64,000 bases of DNA from an uncultured Candidatus Saccharibacteria bacterium (GTDB lineage: Bacteria; Patescibacteriota; Doudnabacteria; UBA920), in contig CAZHIA010000001.1 in the NCBI GenBank assembly GCA_964532425.1, positions 44,889-108,888 on the forward strand, given 5' to 3'. Shown piece by piece: positions 32,797-42,091 of the stretch. The notes beneath the pieces were generated by a model. That model did no database searches. It was not told the DNA's origin and saw only the letters and a program-made list of their open reading frames with translations. Every line of letters starts with the position of its first letter. The stretch's first letter is position 1. A program made the position numbers and the translations under genes.

Positions 32797-32875
32797 TGGA
32801 CCATTCGCTCGAAAGGTCCAGTGCCCTCGAGTGCTTATTCCCGCCAGAGGCGGGCAGGCGCACGAATAAGCACTC
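32797..32875. repeat. Palindrome pair GGACCATTCGCTCGAAAGGTCC plus GAGTGCTTATTCG-CA-CGAATAAGCACTC (interrupted copy)
   Basis: Same pair at 35397-35455; second palindrome also at 36230-36265 and 36562-36591. Confidence 0.8.
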
Positions 32876-33109
32876 CCAATAAGTAATGCAAAACTGCCAT
32901 TGACAGGCAGTTTTTTGGTGATTTATACTAATATGAAATCCTTAAGGAGGATCAGAGTCAGCTTATAGGTTTGGAGGCGGTTGCCACGATTGTTCGGCAA
33001 TTGATGCTTTCATGCTATTTGACTCTGGTTTAATCCTTCGGGATTGAATCTATACTTGCTTGCCCTGGTTAACACCGGGGTGTAGTAAGCGAAAGGAGAA
33101 ACAAATAAC

Positions 33110-33463
33110 ATGAATGCATCTACCCGAGTAATCCAGGGTGATGTGATCAATATGTATGTCTCGAATGAGCATACGTACGTCCAGATACGAAACAACGGAT
33201 TCGTGAAGACAGTGGTCATCACGGCTGTTGAATCGGTCGATCCGCGCCAAGAACCGCTGGAACTGTTTTGGCCTAAGGGGATGATTCGTGAATTGCACTA
33301 TCTCCAAAAGGCCGGGTACTTTACCTGGGGCGATGTGAGCAAGCAGTATCAGTCAGTGGTCGAAACCACTAAACACATTGGACCCGAGACCTGGAAAATT
33401 CTCCGACAGGGGTTGGAAAACCGGGGACTGAAGTACTTTAGCGATCAAATGAGCATGTTCTGA
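33110..33463 (+). CDS. Protein with RNA polymerase alpha-CTD-like C-terminal domain
   Basis: MIRELHYLQKAGYFTWGDV...KHIGPETWKILRQGLENRGL parallels alphaCTD VRSxNCLKxAGIxTxGDL...NLGxKSLxEI; AAGGAG RBS; terminator 33478-33508. Confidence 0.6.
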   Translation: MNASTRVIQGDVINMYVSNEHTYVQIRNNGFVKTVVITAVESVDPRQEPLELFWPKGMIRELHYLQKAGYFTWGDVSKQYQSVVETTKHIGPETWKILRQGLENRGLKYFSDQMSMF

Positions 33464-33632
33464 CTCTGACATCATCTTGGTGCGCTGGCTCCCAGCGCAC
33501 CTTTTTTAGTTGGCTTACTTGTGCCATTCATGGTTATTTTATGGTATTATAGAGGCGTAATATAGCTTTATGAGTGAGCAATTTGCCCAATTTCTATACT
33601 GACTTTTAAATTAACGATTAAAACACTCTTAT

Positions 33633-34466
33633 ATGTCGAGCCAAGGTATCAAGATTTTTTTACCTGAAGGTGACCCGAACAGTTTACAAGTCATCACTGT
33701 TGAAAATTGGGCAGGCAAAGCCTTTGTTATTCCAAGAGCCAAATTAAAGGAAATGAACACCAGGGAAGAAAAAGACTGGCCGGGGGTGTATTTTCTTATA
33801 GGTGAGTTTACTGATTCGATATTACCAGAGGTATACATAGGCGAGTCGGAGCATTTTTGTGATCGTTTATATACTCATGATAGTGAAAAGCAGTTTTGGA
33901 ATCGCGCTGTTGTGTTTACTGGCTCTATTGATAAAGCTGATGTAAAGTTTCTAGAAGATAAAGCTATCAAAGTTGCTAAAAAGATAAACCGTTTTCATAT
34001 TCATAATGACCAGGGAACAACCCCAAATAAACTTTCTGAATTTAAGCAAGCAGCTATTGAGAATTATTTTGAATATATAAAGCTGGTTATGGCAGTACTT
34101 GGGTATACTCTTTTTCAGGAGGTGCCGAGTAATATTCGTCCCGAAGAAATGTATTTCTGCAAAGTTGATGAAGCGGTGGGTAAGGGAAAGTTGTTGGACT
34201 CTGGTGAGTTTATTGTATTCAAGGGTTCTACAGCTCGGGTCAAAGAAACACCTAATTATCAAGCACATAATTCTGGGATTCGGTCTCGATTGTTAGCTGA
34301 AGGTGTATTGTCTCAGATTGGGGATGGTCTGTATTATTTCCAGTCAGATTATATCTTTACCAGTCCGAGTGCAGCAGCAGACACTATAGCCGGTAGGTCA
34401 ATGAATGGTTGGAAGGAGTGGAAAGATTCTCAAGGGAAAACATTAGATGATAATAAGAGGCAATGA
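33633..34466 (+). CDS. GIY-YIG nuclease with DUF4357-like C-terminal domain
   Basis: GVYFLIG...VYIGESE; FTSPSAAA...GRSMNGWKEWK. Confidence 0.85.
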   Translation: MSSQGIKIFLPEGDPNSLQVITVENWAGKAFVIPRAKLKEMNTREEKDWPGVYFLIGEFTDSILPEVYIGESEHFCDRLYTHDSEKQFWNRAVVFTGSIDKADVKFLEDKAIKVAKKINRFHIHNDQGTTPNKLSEFKQAAIENYFEYIKLVMAVLGYTLFQEVPSNIRPEEMYFCKVDEAVGKGKLLDSGEFIVFKGSTARVKETPNYQAHNSGIRSRLLAEGVLSQIGDGLYYFQSDYIFTSPSAAADTIAGRSMNGWKEWKDSQGKTLDDNKRQ

Positions 34467-35221
34467 TCACTCTGGCAGAAATATTCTCTAACTTGATTAC
34501 TCCCGCAATCCTGCTGGCGGTTTTAGGGTATCTTATTAGATTATTCGGACGAATTATTACCGATGCTGAAGCGTTCGTTGATGACTACAAATGGCATGTT
34601 GAACTTTCCGGTTTAATGTTTGCTATAAATTATATAGCTTTCCCTGGGTTAGTTGCTGTTCTGTTATTATATTTTAATCCGATAAAGTTAATATTTAGTT
34701 TTTGGGTGGGATTGGTCATGCTTACGCTAGTGACCGGAATGTTATATGTAAACGGTTCAATGTCAGGAAAAACATTTTATAAGTTGCCAGAATTGAAGTC
34801 AGGAGCAGAAAGTAAAAATAATGATGATAGTTTTCAGCTATTTTTCGAAAAATTTTTGAGCTGGTTAAATAAACCATTTTCGAACTATGGACTATTTTTG
34901 ATCTCAATAGTTTTAATGTTGATTTTGTGTGCTCAGGCAGGATCTACTTCTACCATAAAGTTAGCTATTTTGATCCTCTACAATTTTATTGCCTATATTT
35001 TCATTTGCGTTTTGTACTCCTTGAATAAATCTAAACAATTGAGTCAAGCGAATATATATTTTATTTCCGGTGTAGAGCCTGTACGAGATTGTTTACTTTT
35101 AAAGATCAATAATGATAATTTGAGGGTTAGGGTTGGGGATCAGTTATTCATAATCAACAAGAATCAAGTATTAAAAGTGGAAATTTATAAGAAAATATCT
35201 ACGAAGGCCAAAAAGAACTAA
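34463..35221 (+). CDS. Hypothetical multi-TM membrane protein
   Basis: About 5 hydrophobic helices; overlaps the upstream stop codon. Confidence 0.65.
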   Translation: MITLAEIFSNLITPAILLAVLGYLIRLFGRIITDAEAFVDDYKWHVELSGLMFAINYIAFPGLVAVLLLYFNPIKLIFSFWVGLVMLTLVTGMLYVNGSMSGKTFYKLPELKSGAESKNNDDSFQLFFEKFLSWLNKPFSNYGLFLISIVLMLILCAQAGSTSTIKLAILILYNFIAYIFICVLYSLNKSKQLSQANIYFISGVEPVRDCLLLKINNDNLRVRVGDQLFIINKNQVLKVEIYKKISTKAKKN

Positions 35222-35239
35222 AACAAATAATTGATATAT

Positions 35240-35386
35240 ATGCCGATCAACAAAGAATGGCACCTGAAGAACAGGATGCCGAAGAATGCGACACGGGAGC
35301 AACGTATAGCCTGGCATGAGGGGCATGCCAAGCATTGCTCGTGCCGGGATTCCAAGGCTCATCTTAAGAAACTAAAATCTTCCTAA
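35240..35386 (+). CDS. Small His/Cys-rich protein (48 aa)
   Basis: MPINKEWHLKNRMPKNATREQRIAWHEGHAKHCSCRDSKAHLKKLKSS; below the ORF-track cutoff. Confidence 0.6.
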   Translation: MPINKEWHLKNRMPKNATREQRIAWHEGHAKHCSCRDSKAHLKKLKSS

Positions 35387-35499
35387 TCCGACCATGGGAC
35401 CATTCGCTCGAAAGGTCCGCTACCCTCAAATGCTTATTCGCACGAATAAGCACTCGGGGGTTTGCAGCAAAAGCAAAAAAACATTATTGGGGTGAATGT

Positions 35500-36204
35500 A
35501 TGAGCAAATCATCAAACACATCAAGCTGGTCCTTGAAGCTATTGGGGTTCATGCTGCGCCCGTTTGTGAAGCCTATCCGGTACGGCGCTTTGAAGTTGAT
35601 GAAAACTATGCACCAGCCTAATGACCGAAGGCCATCTATGGCGGCGGCTGAACATGTTTTGGAGGAGTATGTTTTTCCTTCCGTCTACCAGACATTTCAG
35701 GATGTACAACTCCGACAGCTAGCCCATTTCGAAAAATTACCGACATCGGAGCATGACCGGATCTTCAATGAATTGCTGGTGGCGGGAATCATCTCAGTTG
35801 AAAATTATTTAGACGCCCAGAAAGAACATGTCAGAGACGGGGACTTTCATTTTTGGCGTAATGTCCTGGAAGAATTGCCCAGACAATATACCAAAAAAAT
35901 GATCAGTCTCGGAGTGGATAGTGGCAATGCCAAATTAATGCGTCAGCTGGTGGAGATGCGATATACGGAATATGAAGAGTTGGCTGATGAAGTTTGGCAA
36001 GCCAGTAACGGTGCGAGTAAAGAGTTTCGTGACCTGGAGCCCGAACAAAAACGCCTCGCTTCCATGATTCAGGGTATAGCCATTGGTACCGCGAGTCATA
36101 TCTTCCGTGGAAAATTACAAGATGGCGATCCATTGACTCAGTACCTTGCCGCCTGGAACTTGCAGCTTCAGAGGAAGGTGGGAAAGTTCACGAGAAATCT
36201 TTGA
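35500..36204 (+). CDS. Hypothetical protein
   Basis: 234-aa ORF between palindromes. Confidence 0.65.
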   Translation: MSKSSNTSSWSLKLLGFMLRPFVKPIRYGALKLMKTMHQPNDRRPSMAAAEHVLEEYVFPSVYQTFQDVQLRQLAHFEKLPTSEHDRIFNELLVAGIISVENYLDAQKEHVRDGDFHFWRNVLEELPRQYTKKMISLGVDSGNAKLMRQLVEMRYTEYEELADEVWQASNGASKEFRDLEPEQKRLASMIQGIAIGTASHIFRGKLQDGDPLTQYLAAWNLQLQRKVGKFTRNL

Positions 36205-36300
36205 AGTTAGATCATTTGAATTACGATTCCCCGGAGTGCTTATTCGCACGAATAAGCACTCCGGGAAGAATACAACAAAAATATTAAGCGGAATAAAAGT

Positions 36301-36561
36301 ATGAAAGAGCTTGAACGACAGCTGAAAGCCCTGGCCAACCGGCGGCGGCTGGGGATAGTCAAGTTCTTGGGCAAGGCCAAGTCGGCTTCGGTAGGAGAGA
36401 TTGCGAAAGAGATTAAACTCTCTTTTAAATCCACTTCCCGTCATTTGGCGGTGCTCCGGTCGGCGGATATTGTCAGCCGCGACCAGGCGAGCCTGCAGGC
36501 TATTTATAGCCTGCACAATGCGCCGCATCCGATCTCGCGCTACATAATCTCGCAGTGTTGA
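36301..36561 (+). CDS. ArsR/SmtB family transcriptional regulator
   Basis: KALANRRRLGIV, SVGEIA, STSRHLAVLRSADIV. Confidence 0.85.
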   Translation: MKELERQLKALANRRRLGIVKFLGKAKSASVGEIAKEIKLSFKSTSRHLAVLRSADIVSRDQASLQAIYSLHNAPHPISRYIISQC

Positions 36562-36673
36562 CCAGTGCTTATTCGCACGAATAAGCACTGGGGCGGAGAG
36601 TGGGGTGGGGTGGGAGGGGAATAAAAAAGACCCGGGGTGATCGGGTCTCAGAGTTTTGCTGGCAGGGTGCGGG

Positions 36674-36964
36674 CTATCGGGCGCCGCGCCGTATGAGTTC
36701 CATTTCCATGGCTTTGCCATGGGCTTCCCGCGCGTACTGCAGGGGAGTCTTGCCGTCTTTGTCCGGCTTGTTCACATCTACGCCTCGCGTGTTCATCACT
36801 GCTGTGAACAGGGTGAACTGGTTTCTCCGGATCGCCTCGATGAGCGGTGTCACGCCGTCGCGGCTGAGAGCATTGATGTCGTTGTTGCTGTAGTGTGCGA
36901 GCTGCAAAAACGTCATGACGTTTCCGTCCCTGATGGACTCCACGAGCATGGAAGAATCTGCCAT
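36674..36964 (-). CDS. Ankyrin-repeat protein
   Basis: DGVTPLIEA and DVNKPDKDGKTPLQYA. Confidence 0.8.
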   Translation of the reverse strand: MADSSMLVESIRDGNVMTFLQLAHYSNNDINALSRDGVTPLIEAIRRNQFTLFTAVMNTRGVDVNKPDKDGKTPLQYAREAHGKAMEMELIRRGAR

Positions 36965-37112
36965 TGCTAATTATTGCCTCCTGTAGAATGTAAGATATTC
37001 TATGGTGGCATTTTTTTTAAAAAAAGTCAAGGAATAATGCCGTCGAGAGAAAAAAATGGTATGATATAAGCGCAAAAGATTTGAGCTGTAACCGCATGAT
37101 TAACATATTTGT

Positions 37113-37682
37113 ATGCAGATAACTTCCGCAAAATTCGTGAAAGGGGTAGTGGGTCCGGACGGGGTCTTAGACGACGGAACGCCGCAGATTGCGGTCATTG
37201 GCCGCTCTAATGTGGGCAAGTCCAGTTTGATCAATTCCCTGACGCGGCAAAAAAGTCTGGCCCGGACCAGCTCGTTTCCCGGGCACACCCAGGAGATCAA
37301 CGTCTTTTCCATCAACAAATTATTTTACCTTATTGATCTGCCCGGTTACGGGTTTGCCAAGGCCTCGAAAGAAACCCAGGAGCGGCTGCAGCGGATCATC
37401 TATTGGTATTTGTTCGAATCGGGCTGCGAGCAGAAAAAAGTCGTATTGATCGTGGATGCTGTCGTCGGTCCGACAGTCAATGACGAGCAGATGCTGAACA
37501 GCCTGGAAGAGCACGGCAAGGATGTGGTCGTGGTGGCCAATAAGGTAGACAAGCTCAAAAGTTCCGAGTACAAAAAGAAACTGAAGGTCATTCAGGATAT
37601 GGCCGGCGCAATCCCGGTGGTGCCATACTCGTCGGAAAAGAAGATCGGCATTCAGGAATTGACGAACTTATTATTTGATTAG
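37113..37682 (+). CDS. engB: Ribosome biogenesis GTPase YihA/YsxC
   Basis: GRSNVGKSSLIN, DLPGYG, NKVDK, SS. Confidence 0.93.
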   Translation: MQITSAKFVKGVVGPDGVLDDGTPQIAVIGRSNVGKSSLINSLTRQKSLARTSSFPGHTQEINVFSINKLFYLIDLPGYGFAKASKETQERLQRIIYWYLFESGCEQKKVVLIVDAVVGPTVNDEQMLNSLEEHGKDVVVVANKVDKLKSSEYKKKLKVIQDMAGAIPVVPYSSEKKIGIQELTNLLFD

Positions 37683-37683
37683 G

Positions 37684-37857
37684 GAGTAGTTTTAAAATCT
37701 CCTTGTGGCGTCATTCTGAGTCCTGAGCCTGCCAACTCCTCGAGTCTGAGCGATCTCGGAATCGAAGACCAACAGGCAGGTTCGAAGAAGGACGAAGAAT
37801 CCCATTATCGGTAATAGATGCTTCGGTCATCTGATTCCCTCAGCATGACGCCGGAGA
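37684..37857 (+). repeat. Diverged copy of the MITE core with a secondary insertion
   Basis: ggcgtcattctgagtcctgag...gaaggacgaagaatc...ctcagcatgacgccggaga shared with 9810-10009. Confidence 0.7.
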
Positions 37858-37897
37858 ACAGATATTTTTGTTACGAAACTATCTCTAGGCTTATTGT

Positions 37898-38317
37898 ATG
37901 GTATTTGAGTGTACGGAGGACGAACAATATTTTAAAAAGCTGCTCGGCGCGCGCGATTTGGAGCCTTACGCCGCCTTGTTCGATTTCCGTCCGGTTGCCG
38001 TTAAGCGCGCGGAGTTTAATAGGTTGCATATACAGCTGTATCAAAAGCTCGTCGAACGAGACGGGAGGCGGTGTGCCTGGCACCTGGTTGATGATTGCGA
38101 ACAGGACAATCACCTGGCTATAGACCATCTGGTACCGCTGTCCAGCAACAAGCTGAACAAAGACCTGAGGCGCATGCAACCTTCGCGCGGCAAAAAAGTG
38201 CCGACCCAAAGTTTGGGATCGAATAATCCGGCTAACTTGGTCCTGGCCTGCGCCAAATGCAATAACCATAAGAAACACCGGCTGCTGGATATTCGCCAGT
38301 TCATCCGGGGCCTGTAA
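37898..38317 (+). CDS. HNH endonuclease
   Basis: IDHLVPLS...NLVLACAKCNNHK. Confidence 0.8.
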   Translation: MVFECTEDEQYFKKLLGARDLEPYAALFDFRPVAVKRAEFNRLHIQLYQKLVERDGRRCAWHLVDDCEQDNHLAIDHLVPLSSNKLNKDLRRMQPSRGKKVPTQSLGSNNPANLVLACAKCNNHKKHRLLDIRQFIRGL

Positions 38318-38349
38318 ATCGTCATATATACATCAGTAATCCCAGACGT

Positions 38350-38829
38350 ATGGAAAAATTGAAATATAAACTTACCACGCCGCAGCTGATGTGGGCCATC
38401 GTGCTGGCCGGTGGCGTGGTGCTCGCCTTGGCAGTACCTAAAGGGAAATTGTTTGATAGCGGCTGGTGGGGTATTGCGGTGCTGGCGCTCGGCGTGATCA
38501 ACTGGATCGCAGTAGCCCGGGCCGCCGGCCACATTCACCGCCAGGCTTTGCGCAGCGTGCAGGGAATTGACCACATTGTTACCGAAGGCATGTATGGGGT
38601 TGTCCGGCATCCGATGTATGCGGCCGGCATGATGGCAGCCTGGTCCATCTTTATTTGGCAGCCGTACTACCGGGTACTGGCCGTGGTCATGTGGGCCACA
38701 GTGGTATTGTTGTTCTGGTCGAACCTCGAGGATCGCATGCTGGAGGAGAAGTTTATGGAAGAATACCGGGAATATAAAAAGCGCGTGCCGATGATTGTGC
38801 CGAGGATAGGGGGAATAGTAAACAGATAG
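38350..38829 (+). CDS. Isoprenylcysteine carboxyl methyltransferase/PEMT family membrane protein
   Basis: VTEGMYGVVRHPMY, EDRMLEEKF..EYREYKKRVP. Confidence 0.85.
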   Translation: MEKLKYKLTTPQLMWAIVLAGGVVLALAVPKGKLFDSGWWGIAVLALGVINWIAVARAAGHIHRQALRSVQGIDHIVTEGMYGVVRHPMYAAGMMAAWSIFIWQPYYRVLAVVMWATVVLLFWSNLEDRMLEEKFMEEYREYKKRVPMIVPRIGGIVNR

Positions 38830-38939
38830 AAAAATAAAAAGATAGAAAAATAGAAAGATGGAAATTAGAAAGATTTAAAATGATGGATTCCGGATGGCAC
38901 TTCGCTCCGCTTCGTTGCCTCCGGAACGACACAGAGAAC

Positions 38940-39209
38940 ATGAACAAGTACGAGCGCCAGCCGGAATACATTGTCGATTTGCACGGCTACACCACGCGGG
39001 AAGCCAAAGAGGTTTTGGATGACCTCATTGCAGGCCGGGAATACCGTCACGTCCGCATCATCACGGGCAAGGGACTGTTCCGCGGTACGGGCCCGGTGCT
39101 GCGATCGTATGTTGAAAATTATCTCCGTAATCACGACATCCGCTACGAGTACGCAAAGCTCTATAACGGCGGTGAAGGAGCACTGGAAGTGTATTTCGGA
39201 GGCAATTAA
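38940..39209 (+). CDS. Smr domain protein
   Basis: VDLHGYT, IITGKG, GGEGA. Confidence 0.88.
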   Translation: MNKYERQPEYIVDLHGYTTREAKEVLDDLIAGREYRHVRIITGKGLFRGTGPVLRSYVENYLRNHDIRYEYAKLYNGGEGALEVYFGGN

Positions 39210-39298
39210 TCATTTCGGATTACGTATTGGAAACAGTCATCAAAGCAGCAATCAGGAATTGCTGTTCTTTTTTGGTGTATAATACAGTTACGAGAGCT

Positions 39299-39853
39299 AT
39301 GAAATATTTTATTCTCATTATCGTGATCGTGGTTGGGTTGGGTACAGCCGTCTCTGCACATGCTGCCTGGGTGCCCATTCAGCCGCGCGGGCCTGAGCCA
39401 AAACCAGTGGCGCAAAAACTGCTGGAAGCCGTGCTGGGAGTGCAGACGGAGGTACAGCCCGGTTCGGCAGAAGCGCCTGCGCAAGCGGCGCCGGACAAAC
39501 GTATTGTCGTTAGCCTTAAGGACCAGGACCTTAAATATTTCGAAGACAACAAACTCATCGGCGAATTTAAGATCTCGAGCGGCATTAAAGGCCGGTCCAC
39601 TCCCGCAGGGGAATTTGAGGTGCTGGCGAAGAAGCCGTTCGTGGACTATATCGGCCCGGATTACAACTACCCGCACACCAAGTGGAACCTGCAGTTCAAG
39701 AAAGGCCAACCCCTCGGGTATTACATCCACGGCGTATATTGGCACAAGAATTTCGGCCATCCCATGAGCCACGGCTGCATTAACGTTTCGTATGCCGACA
39801 TGGAACCGCTCTATAATTGGGCGGACGTGGGGACTAAGATCAGCATAGAATGA
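39299..39853 (+). CDS. L,D-transpeptidase (YkuD family)
   Basis: Signal peptide; ISSG..TP.G, YIHG...SHGCIN. Confidence 0.88.
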   Translation: MKYFILIIVIVVGLGTAVSAHAAWVPIQPRGPEPKPVAQKLLEAVLGVQTEVQPGSAEAPAQAAPDKRIVVSLKDQDLKYFEDNKLIGEFKISSGIKGRSTPAGEFEVLAKKPFVDYIGPDYNYPHTKWNLQFKKGQPLGYYIHGVYWHKNFGHPMSHGCINVSYADMEPLYNWADVGTKISIE

Positions 39854-39994
39854 TTTGTAGCGAGTTGCGCGTCTGAATAGTAACAAAGTACTCTGAAAAG
39901 AGGTAATTAAATAATTTCAAATTTCCAGTATCCAATCAAATAATATATAACAAATATTAGAATTTAGAAATTTTGATCAAAAAATTTCAGTTAT

Positions 39995-40195
39995 ATGAAC
40001 GGACAAAATAGGGATGATATTTACGAGGGATTGGAGGTGGACATAGTGCTCAAAGAAGACCAGGGTACGGGACAGCTGACGCGCGGCATCGTACAGGATA
40101 TTTTAACTAATTCGCAGTTCCATCCCCGCGGCATCAAGGTGCGTCTGACTACGGGCCAAGTGGGCCGGGTCCAAAGCATTGTCGGGAAGCCATAG
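39995..40195 (+). CDS. YwbE family protein (DUF2196)
   Basis: LKEDQGTG.LTRG.V.DILT...HPRGIKVRL..GQVGRV. Confidence 0.85.
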   Translation: MNGQNRDDIYEGLEVDIVLKEDQGTGQLTRGIVQDILTNSQFHPRGIKVRLTTGQVGRVQSIVGKP

Positions 40196-40258
40196 TTGAC
40201 AGAACCCAATAGCAGTGTATGATAGGGGTACTATTATCCGCTTACATAAAGGCAATTT

Positions 40259-40402
40259 ATGCCTGACGTGCAGGAAAAAGAAAAGCTGGAAGACGAAACG
40301 GATGCACTGGCAGACGACCTGCCGGATGACATCTTAAACGATGGAACCGGCGAGCCTGCTGCCCAGGACGACAAGAGCGACCTGGACGATTTCGACGTGT
40401 AG
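40259..40402 (+). CDS. Small highly acidic protein (47 aa)
   Basis: MPDVQEKEKLEDETDALADDLPDDILNDGTGEPAAQDDKSDLDDFDV; ttgaca..tatgat upstream; terminator 40426-40459. Confidence 0.55.
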   Translation: MPDVQEKEKLEDETDALADDLPDDILNDGTGEPAAQDDKSDLDDFDV

Positions 40403-40463
40403 TTTTTGAGCGGCGCGTATACATAAACCCCGCAAGGTCTTTTTCCTTGCGGGTTTTTTGCGG

Positions 40464-40982
40464 CTAGTTCGGGCCATATGGGCTCTGGAGTCGGCGGCGT
40501 TTGGCAGCCGGTTTTGTTGTTCGGGGCGGGAAAAAAGGCGCGCCTTGGGACGAGGCAATCCAGTGGCGCATAGCCTGGCGAAAACGGCAGTCGCGGAATG
40601 TTCCTGCGAGCAGTTCGGGCTGGGCGCCGGCTAGGACTATGGGTGCCAGGGCCATCTGCGCCAGAAAAGCTTCTTTCCTGCCGGAAAACCTGCCGTCGGT
40701 GTTTCCCTGGTAGCGTTTGGCTGCGTTCCGGATTGGCAATAGGTCGTCTTCAGCCAGGATATCGCAGAACAGGCGCAGGGGAGTGAACGCCAATACCTGG
40801 CGGATTTGAAATATGCTACTGCGCCAGTGGGCGCTGCCAGCACTTTGGGCGGCGGCTTCCGCTGCTTTCTCCCGGATAAAATCATAGAGAATTGCAAGCG
40901 CCTGTTTGGCGGAATGGGAATCTTCACAGGGGCGCGCGATAAAATGGCGGCTTATCTGCAATAAAAATTCAGAGCTGTCCAT
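40464..40982 (-). CDS. Hypothetical protein
   Basis: 172-aa ORF with GGAGG RBS. Confidence 0.55.
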   Translation of the reverse strand: MDSSEFLLQISRHFIARPCEDSHSAKQALAILYDFIREKAAEAAAQSAGSAHWRSSIFQIRQVLAFTPLRLFCDILAEDDLLPIRNAAKRYQGNTDGRFSGRKEAFLAQMALAPIVLAGAQPELLAGTFRDCRFRQAMRHWIASSQGAPFFPPRTTKPAAKRRRLQSPYGPN

Positions 40983-41069
40983 TGGTCCTCCGTCAATGCA
41001 ATGCGTCCCTTTCCGTGTCGAAAGGAAACAATTGTAAAGACGTCAGGATATCTGTAATCATACATCGGT

Positions 41070-41567
41070 ATGCATACAGACACATATTACGAAATCCTAA
41101 AAGTGCGGGGAGATGCCACGGATGAAGAAGTTTTTTTGAATTTCCTGCGCCTGGAGTATGAATGCCGCCAGCGTCAAGATGAGGCGAGCTTTTTAAAGTT
41201 GTGCGAAGCTTTTTATGTGCTGCGAGATCCGATTCTGCGCCAGGGGTATGACCGCTGGCTGGACAAAACATTCATCCAGCCGAAGCTGCGGGCCCGGAGC
41301 GCCCTGTTCATATTTTGGACTACGTTTTTTTCCATAGAAGTTCTGGTGCTGTGCCTGTCCCTGCGCGCCACTGCCCGGTTCTGGAGCGGACTGGTCCTAT
41401 TTTTAGCCAGCCTGTTCGCGGTGCAATGGGTGGTGCGTGATCCCAGTTTTCATGTCAAAATACAAAACATGGATTTTTCGGCAGACGGCCCACTCCAGTA
41501 TCGCGGGGACAATAATGCGATACTGGTGAACTTCAAACGGTTTTGGTGGAGAAAAATTTTGCGGTAA
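41070..41567 (+). CDS. J-domain-like membrane protein
   Basis: YYEILKV...FLKLCEAFYVLRDP..RQGYD, but no HPD; two TM helices. Confidence 0.65.
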   Translation: MHTDTYYEILKVRGDATDEEVFLNFLRLEYECRQRQDEASFLKLCEAFYVLRDPILRQGYDRWLDKTFIQPKLRARSALFIFWTTFFSIEVLVLCLSLRATARFWSGLVLFLASLFAVQWVVRDPSFHVKIQNMDFSADGPLQYRGDNNAILVNFKRFWWRKILR

Positions 41568-41633
41568 AGAATTTGCTGCCATAAAAAAACAGCAGACATC
41601 ACAGTCTGCTGTTTTATGATGGCAGTCCCGCGC

Positions 41634-41948
41634 TCAACGGCGCCGGGTGCAGTTGATGAAGCATATCAGCATGTGGTGCATGCCCATGCGGCCGTACTGG
41701 CTGGCCTGGACCAGCGGTGACAAGCCGCTTTTGTCCGGCGCGAGCGGATCGATAGCATCTTTGAGCATAAGCCGGGTAAAGGCGAAGTGATCGCCTTGTA
41801 CAATCGCCTCAGTAAGGGGAGTGGTGCCAAAGCTGCCCGGCCGGTTGATATCGATATCATCGCGCTCGAGCATGGCAGCGAGCCCTATTTTGTCCTTGTT
41901 GCGGATGAGTACGGTCAGGTCTGCGGTTTGTCCGGCAACTGCAGTCAT
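41634..41948 (-). CDS. Ankyrin-repeat protein
   Basis: DIDINRPGSFGTTPLTEA, PDKSGLSPL; AGGAGG RBS. Confidence 0.75.
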   Translation of the reverse strand: MTAVAGQTADLTVLIRNKDKIGLAAMLERDDIDINRPGSFGTTPLTEAIVQGDHFAFTRLMLKDAIDPLAPDKSGLSPLVQASQYGRMGMHHMLICFINCTRRR

Positions 41949-42091
41949 GAATCCTCCTGGATACCGCATTGTAAAATAGGCCGGTGTAAAAGTAAAGCCT
42001 GCCTCCATGGACAAGCCGGATTCGTAAACGGCAATTGACTTTTCTTCGGGTTTGGCCTACGCTCAGGGAGCTATACGGAGGAAATTTCCCA

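Noticed and set aside
32797-36591. CRISPR array or integron attC array
   Set aside because: Only four copies, separated by whole genes; no cas or intI in the window; the perfect palindromes lack attC extrahelical bases and GTTRRRY ends.
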